NCBI GenBank assembly: GCA_022813965.1
Contig: JALDZS010000035.1
Span: forward strand, 1 to 64,000
Direction of reading: 5' to 3'
Source: Toensbergia leucococca
Lineage: Eukaryota
DNA length: 64,000 bases
Shown here: positions 12,127-27,486 of the stretch, piece after piece
Numbering within the stretch: position 1 is the stretch's first letter
How the letters are laid out: each line of letters starts with the position of its first letter
Made by a program: the position numbers and the translations under genes
Notes under the pieces: model-generated
The model's input: the letters and a program-made list of their open reading frames with translations, nothing else
Database searches by the model: none
Told to the model about the DNA's origin: nothing

Positions 12127-13340
12127 AGTCCTTAGAAACACATATAGGTATTTTCTGAATATTTACTTGGAAATTTATCACTGTTACTGAGGTATTTTCA
12201 TGATCACCGGTATCATTAGTTTGAGAGTAATGATGGTGTTTGAAGATTGAAGACATGATAGCAGTGAGTGAAACGAGTTGCAGTCTAATAGGGATTTCAA
12301 TTGTTTAGACTCACCTAGTGACGCAGTCCCGTGACGCAGTTAGAGATATTCCGAAATCCTCTACATTGGGCACCGTGATGCATTGACGAATCGGGCCTAG
12401 CGCCTCACTCAGCTTGCGTGTACGTTTTTTTATTTTACTTTATTTCATCATTTCTGCATGCAGCCTTGAGGCTATGGCAACTAAGTTATACATATGTGCG
12501 AGAAAATTTTATGTCAGGTGAAAAACTCACGAGTCTCTGGGGGATTTACAGCTAAAAGTCCGTCCATGACTGCACACACTCAGGTGATTGAGCACAAGGA
12601 AATCCTGCATTGCTGCTGACTCAAAATCCTTGACAGTGTGATTCATCATAGGCCATGAATATTGACGTAGATACTCAGGATGAGAAGTTGCCTTACTCAT
12701 GAACTTCTATTAGATCTTATCGACGGCTGTTGGCGCAGGCATGGCGCATTCAAAAGCTGGCCATTGCGTGCAATGGGCTTCCGGATTCAGGTGTATGTAG
12801 ATCTATCACGTAGCACGCGGTGCAAAGTGAAACCCGGAAATTGTAGGCGACCCCTTACCTAGGATTTCCGGCTTTCACTTTGCACCGCGAGCGTTGGTAG
12901 TGGGATTCCGCCCCCATGGCCTAGGTTCTCTATCCATTATCATATTAAATACTAGAGATATCACACTTTTCAGAATATACTCGTATTCCTAACAGTTACT
13001 ACATTAGGTTTAGCTTCAGGCTGCTCTACAGCACTCACTCACCACCCTTTTAGTGAGAGATTCTCTCACAGTGAAGCTATTTCAATGAACACCCCTGCCT
13101 GAGTGTATAATCACTGAGAAAAACATCGTGATATCATGATTTCACACTACATACTCACTTGATAATCCCCCTACATTGACTACAATCTAAAGGCATGAAA
13201 CAACCTCATCAATTAAGGGTGAATAGGTAAGGTGATACATGTTGAGATTGATGTGTAGACTGAACGTGAGGTGTGACCACCTCAGTGATAGTGATAAATT
13301 TTAGTAAAAGAATTTCAAAAAGATGTGTTCCTAAGGGACT
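12127..13340. repeat. Decayed ~65-bp inverted repeat pair bracketing 1.2 kb of non-coding DNA (possible relic transposon)
   Basis: 12127-12193 aligns with the reverse complement of 13279-13340 in two blocks: AGTCC(C)TTAGRAACACAT and AAATTTATCACTRTYACTGAGGT. Confidence 0.5.
12816..12889. repeat. Near-perfect hairpin: 32-bp arms (3 mismatches), 10-nt loop
   Basis: CGCGGTGCAAAGTGAAACCCGGAAATTGTAGG (12816-12847) pairs with CCTAGGATTTCCGGCTTTCACTTTGCACCGCG (12858-12889). Confidence 0.9.
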
Positions 13341-13592
13341 AGTTTCGTAGTCTTTGCATGCCGTACAGAACTATTGAATGCTTGTCTATCTTGGATAGTA
13401 GTACAAAAACACGATATTGGTCAACAATAACATATATAAGGTTAGGGCATGCTGTCATGTACATTAAATAAATGCCAAGATTGCCATGTTTTTTGTTGGA
13501 AAATAAAGTCGCTGTCAAACAATACTGAAGAGTCATGATTCTGGAAAGGTCTAATTATCCAGAGGTGGTGATCAATTCTTCCTTCACACGAC

Positions 13593-15109
13593 ATGCCGCG
13601 CAACAAATGTTTCCCTCCTTCACATGAGCCCTTTCGATCTAGCAGTCAAAACTTCCTTACCATTCAACCTCAACATACGTCAGGCCCTTTCTCCTTTCTC
13701 AACCCTACGCGAGCCGCCTACAAGCACACCTTCTTGCCAGATGACAAGTTCGCCTCCTTCAACAATGAGCCTTCAATCGTCAAGCCCAACGTTCCCGATG
13801 AGGAGCAAGCAATCTCAGGCAAACACGAGCAATTAGCCTCCAATGTTGAATTCAAATGGCGGTCTCGAGATAATCGCAAAGGACGGCACACTCTCGTCTT
13901 CGATCCGCCATCTGATCCTTCCAATGCCAGATATATCACCCCCAATTCTACCTCGAGCTTACGTGAAGCAGGTAAAGGTTTCGTGCGCATGGCCACACAG
14001 TACCCTTATTGGGACATATCCTACCTCGTTGCCACTATGTTTACTCTTGGCTCTGTGGTGTGGGTAATAAATGCTTTCTTCGCGTGGCTCCCCCTGGTAC
14101 GGCCTTCAACGAATTTTCACAATGAGCTCCTAGTAGGCGGTGGAATTACAGCCTTCATAGGAGCAACGATTTTCGAGATCGGAAGTGTATTGCTGATGTT
14201 TGAGGCTGTGAACGAGAACCGAGCAGGATGTTTTGGCTGGGCACTGGAGACGGTATTAGAGGGCAACGAGAAAGGCAGTGGAAAATTTCGACTTCGACCC
14301 GATAAGAATGGATGTGCCCATCACCATACGAACAAGGGGAATATAGTGGGGAAGAGTGATAGTATTGACGACTCTGGTGCATTGGCTAGATCCTGAAGCT
14401 TACTGTCATTCAGTCAAGATATCCCCCGAGATTGCGAGCTTTACATCATCAGATTCTTTGACACATGACTACGTAGTCAAGCCTTCTGATTCTCCGGAGC
14501 CTGGGAAATCATGGGTATGGTTTCCCTCAATCCACGAACTAAAGACTAATTACTTTCGCGAATTGGGATTCCTGGCCTCCTTGTCCCAATTTTGCGGAGC
14601 CACGATCTTCTGGTTATCTGGCTTCACCGCCCTTCCAGGGATAAATAACAAAATGTCTCAAGGTCTGCTTGACGGAATGTATTGGACACCTCAGATAATC
14701 GGTGGTACGGGATTCATCATTTCGGGGTGTGTTCTCTAATTCCCTGCAACCTCTGTAGCAATTGTCTGATGAGGTGCCAGGGTGTTATTTATGCTCGAGA
14801 CCCAGAAATCGTGGTATCTACCTGCCTACAAGGTTCTGGGGTGGCACATCGGGTTTTGGAACCTAATAGGAGCGATAGGGTTCACGGTAACTCTCGCTCT
14901 TTCTTCACTCATTAAGCACACTGTATAAAAGACTGACGATGTGAAAGCTGTGTGGAGCTTTGGGCGCTGCTTATGGGAATACTGGGGCACAATATGAAGC
15001 ATCATTAGCGACTTTCTGGGGAAGCTGGGCTTTCCTTATCGGTAGTGTTGTACAGTGGTATGAGAGTCTAGACAAACACCCCGTCGAAGAAAGAGGTAAA
15101 GACGATTGA
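13593..15109 (+). CDS. Fungal integral membrane protein, 4 exons
   Basis: WRSRDNRKGRH, YPYWDISY and several hydrophobic helices. Spliced C-terminus ...GWHIGFWNLIGAIGFTLCGALG...QWYESLDKHP*. The intron-1 donor is ambiguous (14356, 14362 or 14377, all phase 1). Confidence 0.85.
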
Positions 15110-16548
15110 CTGCCACTATCACATCAGCACAATCCATTTCAATCCGCTTTGCAGATGCTGAATCAAGATGCGAAAGCTGTGTCCATAGACACAGACAGCT
15201 AGGATGCAAAGACAAAATCCGAACATGACCTTGGCCTGCTCAAATGGTTGTCTTATCATGAGGATTACCACTGATAGAGCATTACAGATGAAGGGTTGAC
15301 CGTGGCAGTCCCCACGGCACGGTAATGAAATTTGGTTACTTTGATCTTTGAAGACGCACTAGTTCTACTGCTTGCCCTCGCGATATCTGCCGTCATTCGA
15401 CATGAATGCCAGAGCTTCAAACGCTTCTGGATATATCGCATTGGTTCCTCGAGTCATTTATCATTATTCGTTATATACCTCAGCTATCTCTGCTGCGAAA
15501 GCCATTCTTCAAAGCCTTCTGTCTGCGCAATTGCTATGCTTGAAGTGATCGAGGGATGCAATTAACCTCCTGGGCATCGAAGAACCTAACAGCATAGCCG
15601 CAGTTGCTGAAGGACTCGAAATACGAATACATGACTTCCTCGCTTCTCATCCATCGTTGTCTCCAGTTGAGTAACGCAAGTACAAGGCCTGGGTACTTAT
15701 TGCTCAGGAGGCTCGTCACATAGCTGACGCTTTTCCTTTTCTCTACATAACAAGCACAGTGACATGGCCACGGCCCGAGCACTTGAGAAATTTTGCATAT
15801 AGAAGACGAACACTCATTGGACGAGTCTGCGAAAATGCGAACTTTGCCAATAGTGGATGATCTGTTTGCTGAGAACTTTCATCATTGTCTTCGATTTACA
15901 TTGACAACACTCGTGGGCGTCAACTTTTTCCTTGCATGGCCGTATCGATTGAGACACGGATTGTCTGTGAACTGTTCTTCAACATACGCGCCCTAATTGC
16001 CTTCCCTAACGTCTAGAGCTTACGTTCCGTGATGAAGTACGGAAATTCAACCAAGGTTCAAGCAATGCCAAGCTGATGATTAGCTCGTTGAGGTATTATT
16101 CATCCAATGCTTTCTAACAGTAGTTTTTCTCGCCGCATGAGCAGGTCTACCATCAAAGCCACTTGCATCCCCAAAGTCAAAAGAGCGTTTGAGTGAGTCG
16201 GCAGTTTCTGTTCCGGAAAATCGGGCCTTCGGCCGCGTTGTTGTCGAGATTGTGTTTAGCATGGAAGATCTAGCACAGTACCTATCGAATCTAACAATTG
16301 GCGAACGAGAGCGACGGCTGGGTATCAAATCTCCCAAGTCCCAACAAGACATCAACTATGTCAACAACTTTGCAGCAACAACGAGTACGTGCAGGTCATA
16401 AATTTCTTCGGTCTTTTGTTTCACTTTATCATACTGAAGTACTCTTTAATCCTGCCTCAAAAAGGCGCGCTGCAAGATGTTATCGATTCTGCATGACAAG
16501 CTCTGTTGACGAAGTAAGGAGCTATAATGGCAAGGGCTAATAAAGTTA

Positions 16549-17406
16549 GGCTCCTATTATTCCTGCACCCCAATTCGATAATCCTACACCCCATTTTCGA
16601 CAACCCTACGACCCCCCCTCAAACATACCTGAATAGACAATCATGAGGCCCAGGCGCAGAGAGAAACATCACGTTTCCGCACCACATTTTGACTTGATTC
16701 CCCAGCACTTTTGCATGCTCTATTTCATACCATTTATCACCTCTATTAGACTAGGAGAAACAGCAAGCTTTTGTACCACATCCTGACTCAGTTCCCTATG
16801 CCCCGTGGCGCACAATCATCCCCCGGGCGCATAGGGAATTATCATGATTTCGCACCACATTAGCACTTGATTCTCTATCACTATGCGTGCCATTTACTTG
16901 TTCCATTCGCGTGCCATCTAGAAGTCAAATTACCTGGGAGAAAAAGCATGCTTTTGTACCACATCCTGACTCAAATTCCCACGGGCGCAAGATCACAATC
17001 TGAAATCATGGAATAGACCACCATCCATATAGATGGTGACCTCAACCTTCACCCCCTCACCTTGTCCTCACCCTCACCCTCACCCTCATCCTCACCCTCG
17101 GTCCTGCCTCCGTGCTTCACTCCCTCCTCCTTGTGTTCCTCCTTAGCAAAGGTAGGATACAGCTCTCCTTCTGACGGAGGAGCGAAAGGCATGATGAGGA
17201 TGCGGTGGAGGGTGACAATGAGGTGAAGGAAGAAGTGAAGGATGAAGGGTGCGGTGGAGGATGAAGGTGTGAGAGGTGCAAAAACATGGCGGGGTAGCGC
17301 CCGGGCCTCACAATTGCCTATTCAGGTATGTTTGAGGGGGGGGGTGTAGGGTTATCAAAAATGGGGTGTAGGATTATTGAAATGGGGTGTAGGAATAATA
17401 GGAGCC
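16549..17406. mobile_element. Non-autonomous long-TIR DNA transposon (element A), 858 bp, ~110-bp TIRs, 8-bp TSD TAAAGTTA
   Basis: 16549-16657 matches the reverse complement of 17297-17406 (~90% identity). TAAAGTTA is directly repeated at 16541-16548 and 17407-17414. Internal ~170-bp unit present twice in tandem. Confidence 0.9.
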
Positions 17407-19582
17407 TAAAGTTAGGCAATACCTAATCTAGTCGTTTGGCGAGATTGATAAATAAGGTTACTTCAACGATATGAAGACCTATTCCGTGAATCCGCAAATG
17501 AAAGCATATGTCATGTATGATAAGACGGTGAATGGGCGCGAAAAAGTATGTCAGAATTCAGTCAGGCTCGTAATGGAACTTCGGAAGACGGCCATACCAA
17601 GATCACACAAAAGCTGTAGCGTGGGAATAGCTTCATGGTCAGACGAAGCGTGCAGTTGTGTGAGGACTTCAAAGTAAAGAAATTATTGAGTCAAGGATTT
17701 ATTCATGGGTACTCCAAGCAGACGAATAAGTGTAGTCGGGTGAAATAAAAGCATGAAGAATCCCCTCTGATGACCAGTGCCATGGTTAATCTCTATTTCG
17801 TCGTTGGCGCTAAGGTCGTTGTACTTTAGGTACTCACTGTCCACTATTCTAAATTCTCCGACCCCTTTACCCTGATCCACCAATCAGCTCCAGGCACAGA
17901 GAAGCAGCCCGCTCACGTGATTGCAAACGTTTCTTTTGGCGCCGGCATGTCAGGCTGTTGCTACCTATTCCCGATCCAGTGAATCGTAGCGCTAAGGTTG
18001 ACAAGCTGAAAGGGGTGTGGCCCGGTCGGAGATGCAGATTGCAGACTTATGATAATCCTACGTGCTGCCCAATCAGAAGCGAGAAGGCGAGTCCGCTTCA
18101 CTCTTTGTTGATACACAACAACGGGTGGGGGGGGCAGCTCAGAAATCAGACTCAATGATCAGCACACAAAATATCATCCTTGACTTGAGTAAAATATCCC
18201 GAGCCTGTAGGCTGTAGTAAGCCCTAGCCCTGGTGGATTTGCCTAAGAATACCACCAGACTTCGATAGTAAGTCGTGAGGGAGGGCTGATCCCGCGCCCC
18301 AACACATGAAAGGCATGTTGAAGAGGCAGGAATACGCTAGCTCGTGATAGCTGGAGGTAGTAAGGTAGGGTAGGCATCAGAGGAGAAAACAAGAATAATG
18401 ATGATCGTCGGTGCTACACCAAAGCTAGTCGTGTGCACGGGTCTCGAACAGATGTAGACGGAGGATCCCTGCACGCGATTCTGTGAGAATCCGTACTCCA
18501 GCGCCACAATTGTCAATTTGTTACATTTCATGCCAAAAGCAACGGCTTAGTATTACCAACATGACATGACAACCAAGTAAACTTAGGGTTGTCCTCTGTG
18601 CTAAATTGCTCAGTAAGCCGGGATGGTACTCTAACTCTCATTCGCCGGTGCACGCTACTGCTCGCTCCCTCGTAAGGCCTCGCGTTCGCTGCCAGAAGAA
18701 AGCAATGAGACAGCTTGCAAAGTCGCAAGTGGCTTCCACACAAGCAGCAAATCAAAAGGTGCCACAGGAGGATGCGCGCTTGCTGGCATGCAACATCATC
18801 CTCGGAGGATTGCGAACTGCACTGATTATTTGCAAACGGCCAGCAGCCTTGCAGGATGCCAACCGCCGACCCGACCCAACAATCCGACGGCAGATTGAAG
18901 TGGCATGACTCGCCCAGCCGCCACGCCCCCAACTTCGACGAGTCCGAAAGGCGAGGCAGCCAGCCTGCAGACTCTGCAGTGACTAAACAAAGTCGCTCGC
19001 ACCCATGTCTTGGCTTATGGAGCCTGATTGGTGGATGCCTGTCCACCCCCCCCTCGTCATACGAGACGCAAGCCCTTAGCCGCAGGCCTGCATCTTTCGT
19101 TTCTGTCTTGCCATGGGCCGTTTCGGATTAGCCCCATCTCTAGCCTTGCCCTGCCTTCTAGCCTCTCTTATTTCCGGAGACGAAGGCCAAGTCCAATTTA
19201 GCGAATCAAATGACAGTCATGGTAGCCTGCCACCGGTGTGATTCATTCATCACTTACTACGTAAACGCTATCCTGGCTCTTCTTCACTTCCCCTCACGTC
19301 GGATTCATTAATGATTATTATGAGGCTCACTCCTTCACCTCACCCAGCACCGTCCTCTTCATCTTCAACCTTGCGCCCTGCTTCTTCTCTTCTCTTCTCA
19401 CATTCCTTTGCACTCACGGCCTTCCCACTGATCAGCTATCCAGCTTGCCTGACTGTATACTCCGGGATTAGGGCTTGACGAGCCGCAAGGTCCATATATC
19501 CCCGTTTCGAGGCCACTGCTTCCTCAACTGTGAGAGCTCAAGCCAGTTTCCTTGCTCGGTGCTCGATCTGTTCCTCTTTGTC

Positions 19583-20928
19583 ATGTTGCCAACACCCCCG
19601 CCGTCTCCACCATTAATAGGACTGTGTGCTCCCGAGGATCGCATTGGTTTTATTCTGGCCGACCGGCTGGAACTTACGGGCATTTTAGGAGTCGGAGCCT
19701 ACGGAGTAGTATACACCGCCGTCGACATACATACGCAGACTCCATACGCTGTCAAGGCCTTGAACAAGGTTGGCTTGGACTCGAGGCAGCGCAAATTTCA
19801 GCAACGTGAGATCCAGCTCCACCATGAGGCCAGCCATCACCCCAATGTACTTTCATTGATCAAGATTATGGACTCTTATGATTGTACTTTTGTTGTTCTG
19901 GAATATTGTCCCGAAGGTGATTTGTTCTCGAGCATCACGGAAGGCGGCCACTACATTGGTAATGATTTCCTGGCCAAACAAGCATTTCTTCAGATACTTG
20001 ATGCCGTGGAATTCTGCCATTCGATTGGGGTCTACCATCGTGATCTGAAGCCAGAAAACATCCTTGTCACGGACGGTGGTCTAACAGTCAAACTAGCAGA
20101 CTTTGGCCTGGCTACCCGGGACTATATTACTTCAGATTTTGGCTGTGGCTCCACCTTCTACATGTCACCAGGTAGGCTTATTTCTTCCTGCTTTTCTGCT
20201 GTGGACTAATTCGATGAATGCCAGAATGCCAACAAACGTCTTCAAGTTTTGCATGCTATGCGTCAGGTCCCAATGACGTGTGGAGCCTTGGAGTAGTTTT
20301 AGTGAATCTTACTTGTGGACGAAACCCATGGAAACGTGCATCCATTGATGATTCTACTTTCAGGGCGTATCTGAAGAATCCTAGGTTCTTGAGCTCCATT
20401 TTGCCACTATCTCCGGAGCTTGATTCCATCCTGAGACGCATCTTTGAATGTGACCCGCGGAGAAGAATAAGTATCCCCGAGCTCAGAAATCTGATCCTGA
20501 GATGTCCACGATTCACCACATACCCTGCTATGTTTCCTTCTAGCCCTCCGCATGAGGTCGATTACATTCAGGAATCCACGTTCGAACCTATATCCGATGC
20601 GGTCAATCCCTTCCAGCACTATCCGACGTTACCATACACACCAGTATCTTCGCCACCCATACGTCGTATGATAGCTCAGCATTCGCATCTCACCACAACA
20701 TCTACGGGCTCTTCGCCGTCAGATGATGGATCCGTTTTCTCAGCCTCGTCTTCTTGCTCGACATCGTCATCTTGCTCTGAACACGAGGATAACGCCAAAA
20801 CCCAACGTCCTGAGTGTGTGCTATCTCAACTCCCAGGTAACTTTTATGGTCAGATATTCCCAAATACCGGCCAATCGCCCAAAACTATGGTGCCTGAGCC
20901 TTTCATCCATTCCGTCCAGGTCTATTGA
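19583..20928 (+). CDS. Ran1/Pat1-Sks1/Vhs1-like Ser/Thr protein kinase, 2 exons
   Basis: GVGAYG, YAVKAL, YHRDLKPEN, DFG, GCGSTFYMSPE and DVWSLGVVLVNLTCGRNPW motifs; intron 20172-20224. Confidence 0.95.
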
Positions 20929-23501
20929 GGACATATCCTAATACCTGCCGGATCCAAGCACACGGGGATGGCTTGGCCTAACGCAGAAACGATGACGATA
21001 ATGACTGTCTATTCCCCTAATACTATGTATGCTAGGTGTTTTCACGAAAAGTCACGATAGAGGGGAGTTTTTTTTTGGTTGGTGAGGCTTTTTGCAATTT
21101 CTGCATTGACAGACCACTGGGGAGTTTTACAGTGACGAGGAAGCCAAAGGGATTCCAGGAAGCAATCCATTCGGCACGGATTTTAGTGTTTTTCGGAAGG
21201 GCGGATCTCGTCGGCTTCATCGGCATACCATTGGGAGGTCATTTTGATTTGGTTCTTACACATGTACTTTGCGAAAGTGTTCAAGGGATGTATCATTTGG
21301 TGCGGTATAGACTGGAGACTGGTTTTGAGGAGTGACGATATGGCGCACGAGATGGAATCCACCGGACCTGCCAGCCCTGAAAGTATGGCATACCACGTGG
21401 ATTTTCATACATGTTTTTTCTAATTTTCCAATTACAAATACGTGAACTTGGTGGATACCAATGTTCTTTCCATGTATATTAAGACGGTCGAAAGACCCTG
21501 ATGCACAGGCTATCGGTGCAACAGCAAGTTCGATTATCGTCTAGGCATAGAGAGTTGCAAGTCTATCACTGGCATACATGTTGAGGTACACATATTCGTA
21601 GTCGTTGAAAGGAGAACATTTACTGTGGTTTAGCCCTAATGGCTGGAATAAGCTTACCTTAGTTTTTGGGACTTGGCATCGGTGGACGGACAAGTAGACT
21701 GGTGATTGGCTGCCCTAGAAAAGCGTAGTGACACGATCTATGCGGAACGTGGCATCAAGTCTCTCCCTCTTCCATTCTCTCTTCGCCCTATCCTACATTC
21801 TGCATTACTAGCTGCGCCCGAGAGTGTCGTCTCGTGCATGGAAGAAGCCTGTTTGGAGCATCAATACGGTGGTGGGACACGATGAGATGGATCTCCAGAA
21901 GCGGCACCCAACCCCCCCACTTGGATTCCGAGGACGAACTGTTGGTGCGCCTAAGACTTAGCACTTTGACGGGACTTGGTTGTTTCACTCCCTTAATCGC
22001 ATGAGATTGAGTTGATGGTCGGGCTACAGTTCCCAGCAAGAAGTCCGAAAAGTGGAAATCGGCCTCATTGGCGGCCGGCCATGACGTTGAATACTAGGTG
22101 TGAAACCCTAAATCTTAGGGTGCGCCGGTGACAAGCAACCTCTCGTGAGAGCCTTGACCAGTGTAGGCAAGGAGGTAAGTACCTACCTACCTATACATGA
22201 CCAAGGGGCCGTGTACTTAGAATACGCCCGGCTGAGGTGAGCCAATTCTGCCGAGAGGTAACACGGCATATTCTATGGGATGCATTTGACTGCACTACGC
22301 CCATTGGGTGAGAGCTCTCGCCACAAACGCGTACCCTCTCTTCTGATCAAGGTCATGCGACGCCCATGGGCTTCAACATGTGACATGCATCCGCCAACCA
22401 TTTTTCAAGCATCCTCCCTCCATGATCCATCGCCGAACTAAATAGCTAGTTTTTCATGAGGTATTTACCCTCTCCAAGACTTGTCGCCGAGAAAGTCTAG
22501 ATGCATAGCATCAAATCGCAAGTAGCACATTGCACGACCCCTCCTCGTTGCGTCTCCATCCATGCCTATCGATTACCTATTTCAAAGTTTTCGATTCGTA
22601 CCCTACCTTTCCTCGCTTCTTAGCATGACCGCATGCTGCAAACCCAAAGCCCCCGTCTAAACCTAACGCTCCGAGGAAAGTTGACATGACCATTCCTCCT
22701 TTGACTTCAAACCTCGGAACCATCTTCACTCTCAAGAAACTAGCCCAAATCCTACGCCAAACAGCTTCATCGACTAGTACTCGTGCACCCACTAAACTTT
22801 TACAGCACCATCCAATCTCAACCACCCCCCACCCTCAAACCTTTCCATCACTATTCCACCCCACCCCACCCTTAGCATAGCCACCCTATCTTATCAACGA
22901 CCCCAACCAATCCACTGAGTCCATAAAGCAACTCTCTAAAAATTTACCCCCCCATCCCAACTTCAGCCCTCCGGTAAATAACGGCCCGTGAACTTCAGAC
23001 ATGCATGTAATTCGGCTCGCTCGGTATAACATCGTCACGTCAGGCCTTTTCCGTAAGCTGCGAGTCGCTTGATATTTTCCAGTCATGAGTTCCTATGTTT
23101 CATGTAGCAAACCGTCATGATGATGATGCTTATGCTTATGATGTGTTCTAATGGGATTCATCCCAAGCATGAGATCACTTCGATGCATCGAGTGACTCGC
23201 TCCTCCAGTATGCAAGCCTGCAACATGTCTCCATTGCTTTGACCCGCCTTCTTGGTTACTTGGTCGAGGATGTGAAAGTATCAGACACAGCATGCTGCGG
23301 CAATCAAATATAGGGTTTTCATAGAACGCCCGAGGGCAGCACATACTTTTATCATGTCTTTGTGTATTCTCTAGCTACAGCATAAATCCTTCATGCGCAA
23401 CCTCTTCAAGCGAATCCTCCTCTCGACAACGCCCCACCACCCAAAGCCTCTCAAACTCTCTCATCGTTCCCCCAAACAACCTTTTAGACAGCCAGTCCCG
23501 G

Positions 23502-26305
<2,804 letters not shown>

Positions 26306-26735
26306 TTTGCTTTGCAACAGAGCATAGACAACGAGGGGAATTATGATCTAGTATTCGTAACGTGCAAATACTTGTTAGCCACTGATATTAAATTGTGGTA
26401 GGGCTTTGGTAAGAAGCCCAACCGGTGTATTATCTCCTCCCAGCACTTTCGGCGCATCAGATGATAGAAGACGCAGAAATGAAGTGTGACACGCTCATGG
26501 CTAAGATGGATTTGTCGGGCAAGTGTTCCAATGAGTATGAGTACGAGTAGATGCAAGAGGAACTATCGTGACCGTGTCGTCCACACGGATACTCGTATCC
26601 GGAGCAAAGCCTAAGCTAGCGTCAAGCGTCTTGAGGCTAAATATTCTTCGAACAACCTCAGTCATCACCATCAGCAACCAGGTGACAACTGACAAACCAA
26701 TACGTACACGCTGTACTACCAATCTCATTTCTACT

Positions 26736-27077
<342 letters not shown>

Positions 27078-27486
27078 GGAGCCCTCAAACCTTTGGAGTC
27101 ATGGTCGGGCGGGTAGTTAAACAGGAGACATCCCTGGAGGCTAAGGTTGGAGGATCCCCATCAAAAGATGTGGTCGAGGCGTTCGAATAAACAAACGTTA
27201 TCCTAGGCCTTTCAAACGAGGGCACTTGTTCACATTGACGCATAGCATTGAGGAACGCAGGGGTTGATCTGTCTACATTTGCTACCTCTATAGCTGCCAG
27301 CAAGGCATGTCCATACACAACGCCAATGTTGCATATTTCCTCCAGTACATTCAGCTAAAAGAATAGTCAATTGTTCTTTCGGCAAAATTCTCCAACTAGC
27401 CTGAGTGGCCGTCCCGATATGTTACAGCACTAGAGGGACTGCAAAATTCTCATCAACAAGCAATAGGTGCAGCGAAGGAGCGTCGC

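Noticed and set aside
12182..12365. TGTTA...CTACA segment resembling a solo LTR
   Set aside because: Flanks ATCAC and TTGGG are not a TSD, there is no second copy in the window, and the decayed inverted repeat crosses the proposed left boundary.
12761..12800. Helitron 3' end (short palindrome)
   Set aside because: No CTRR terminus at the expected distance on either strand.
15330..16540. Possible pseudogene (minus ORFs 15534-15782 and 16080-16355 share a frame)
   Set aside because: Several stops lie between them and no domain is recognisable; it cannot be supported without a homology search.
16675..16997. Repeats with intervening sequence resembling a CRISPR array
   Set aside because: Eukaryotic context, only two units, the intervening parts are homologous, and all of it lies inside a TIR element.
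16546..17409. PIF/Harbinger reading of element A (TTA...TAA flanks)
   Set aside because: TTA and TAA are inverted rather than direct repeats. The 8-bp direct repeat TAAAGTTA explains the flanks better.
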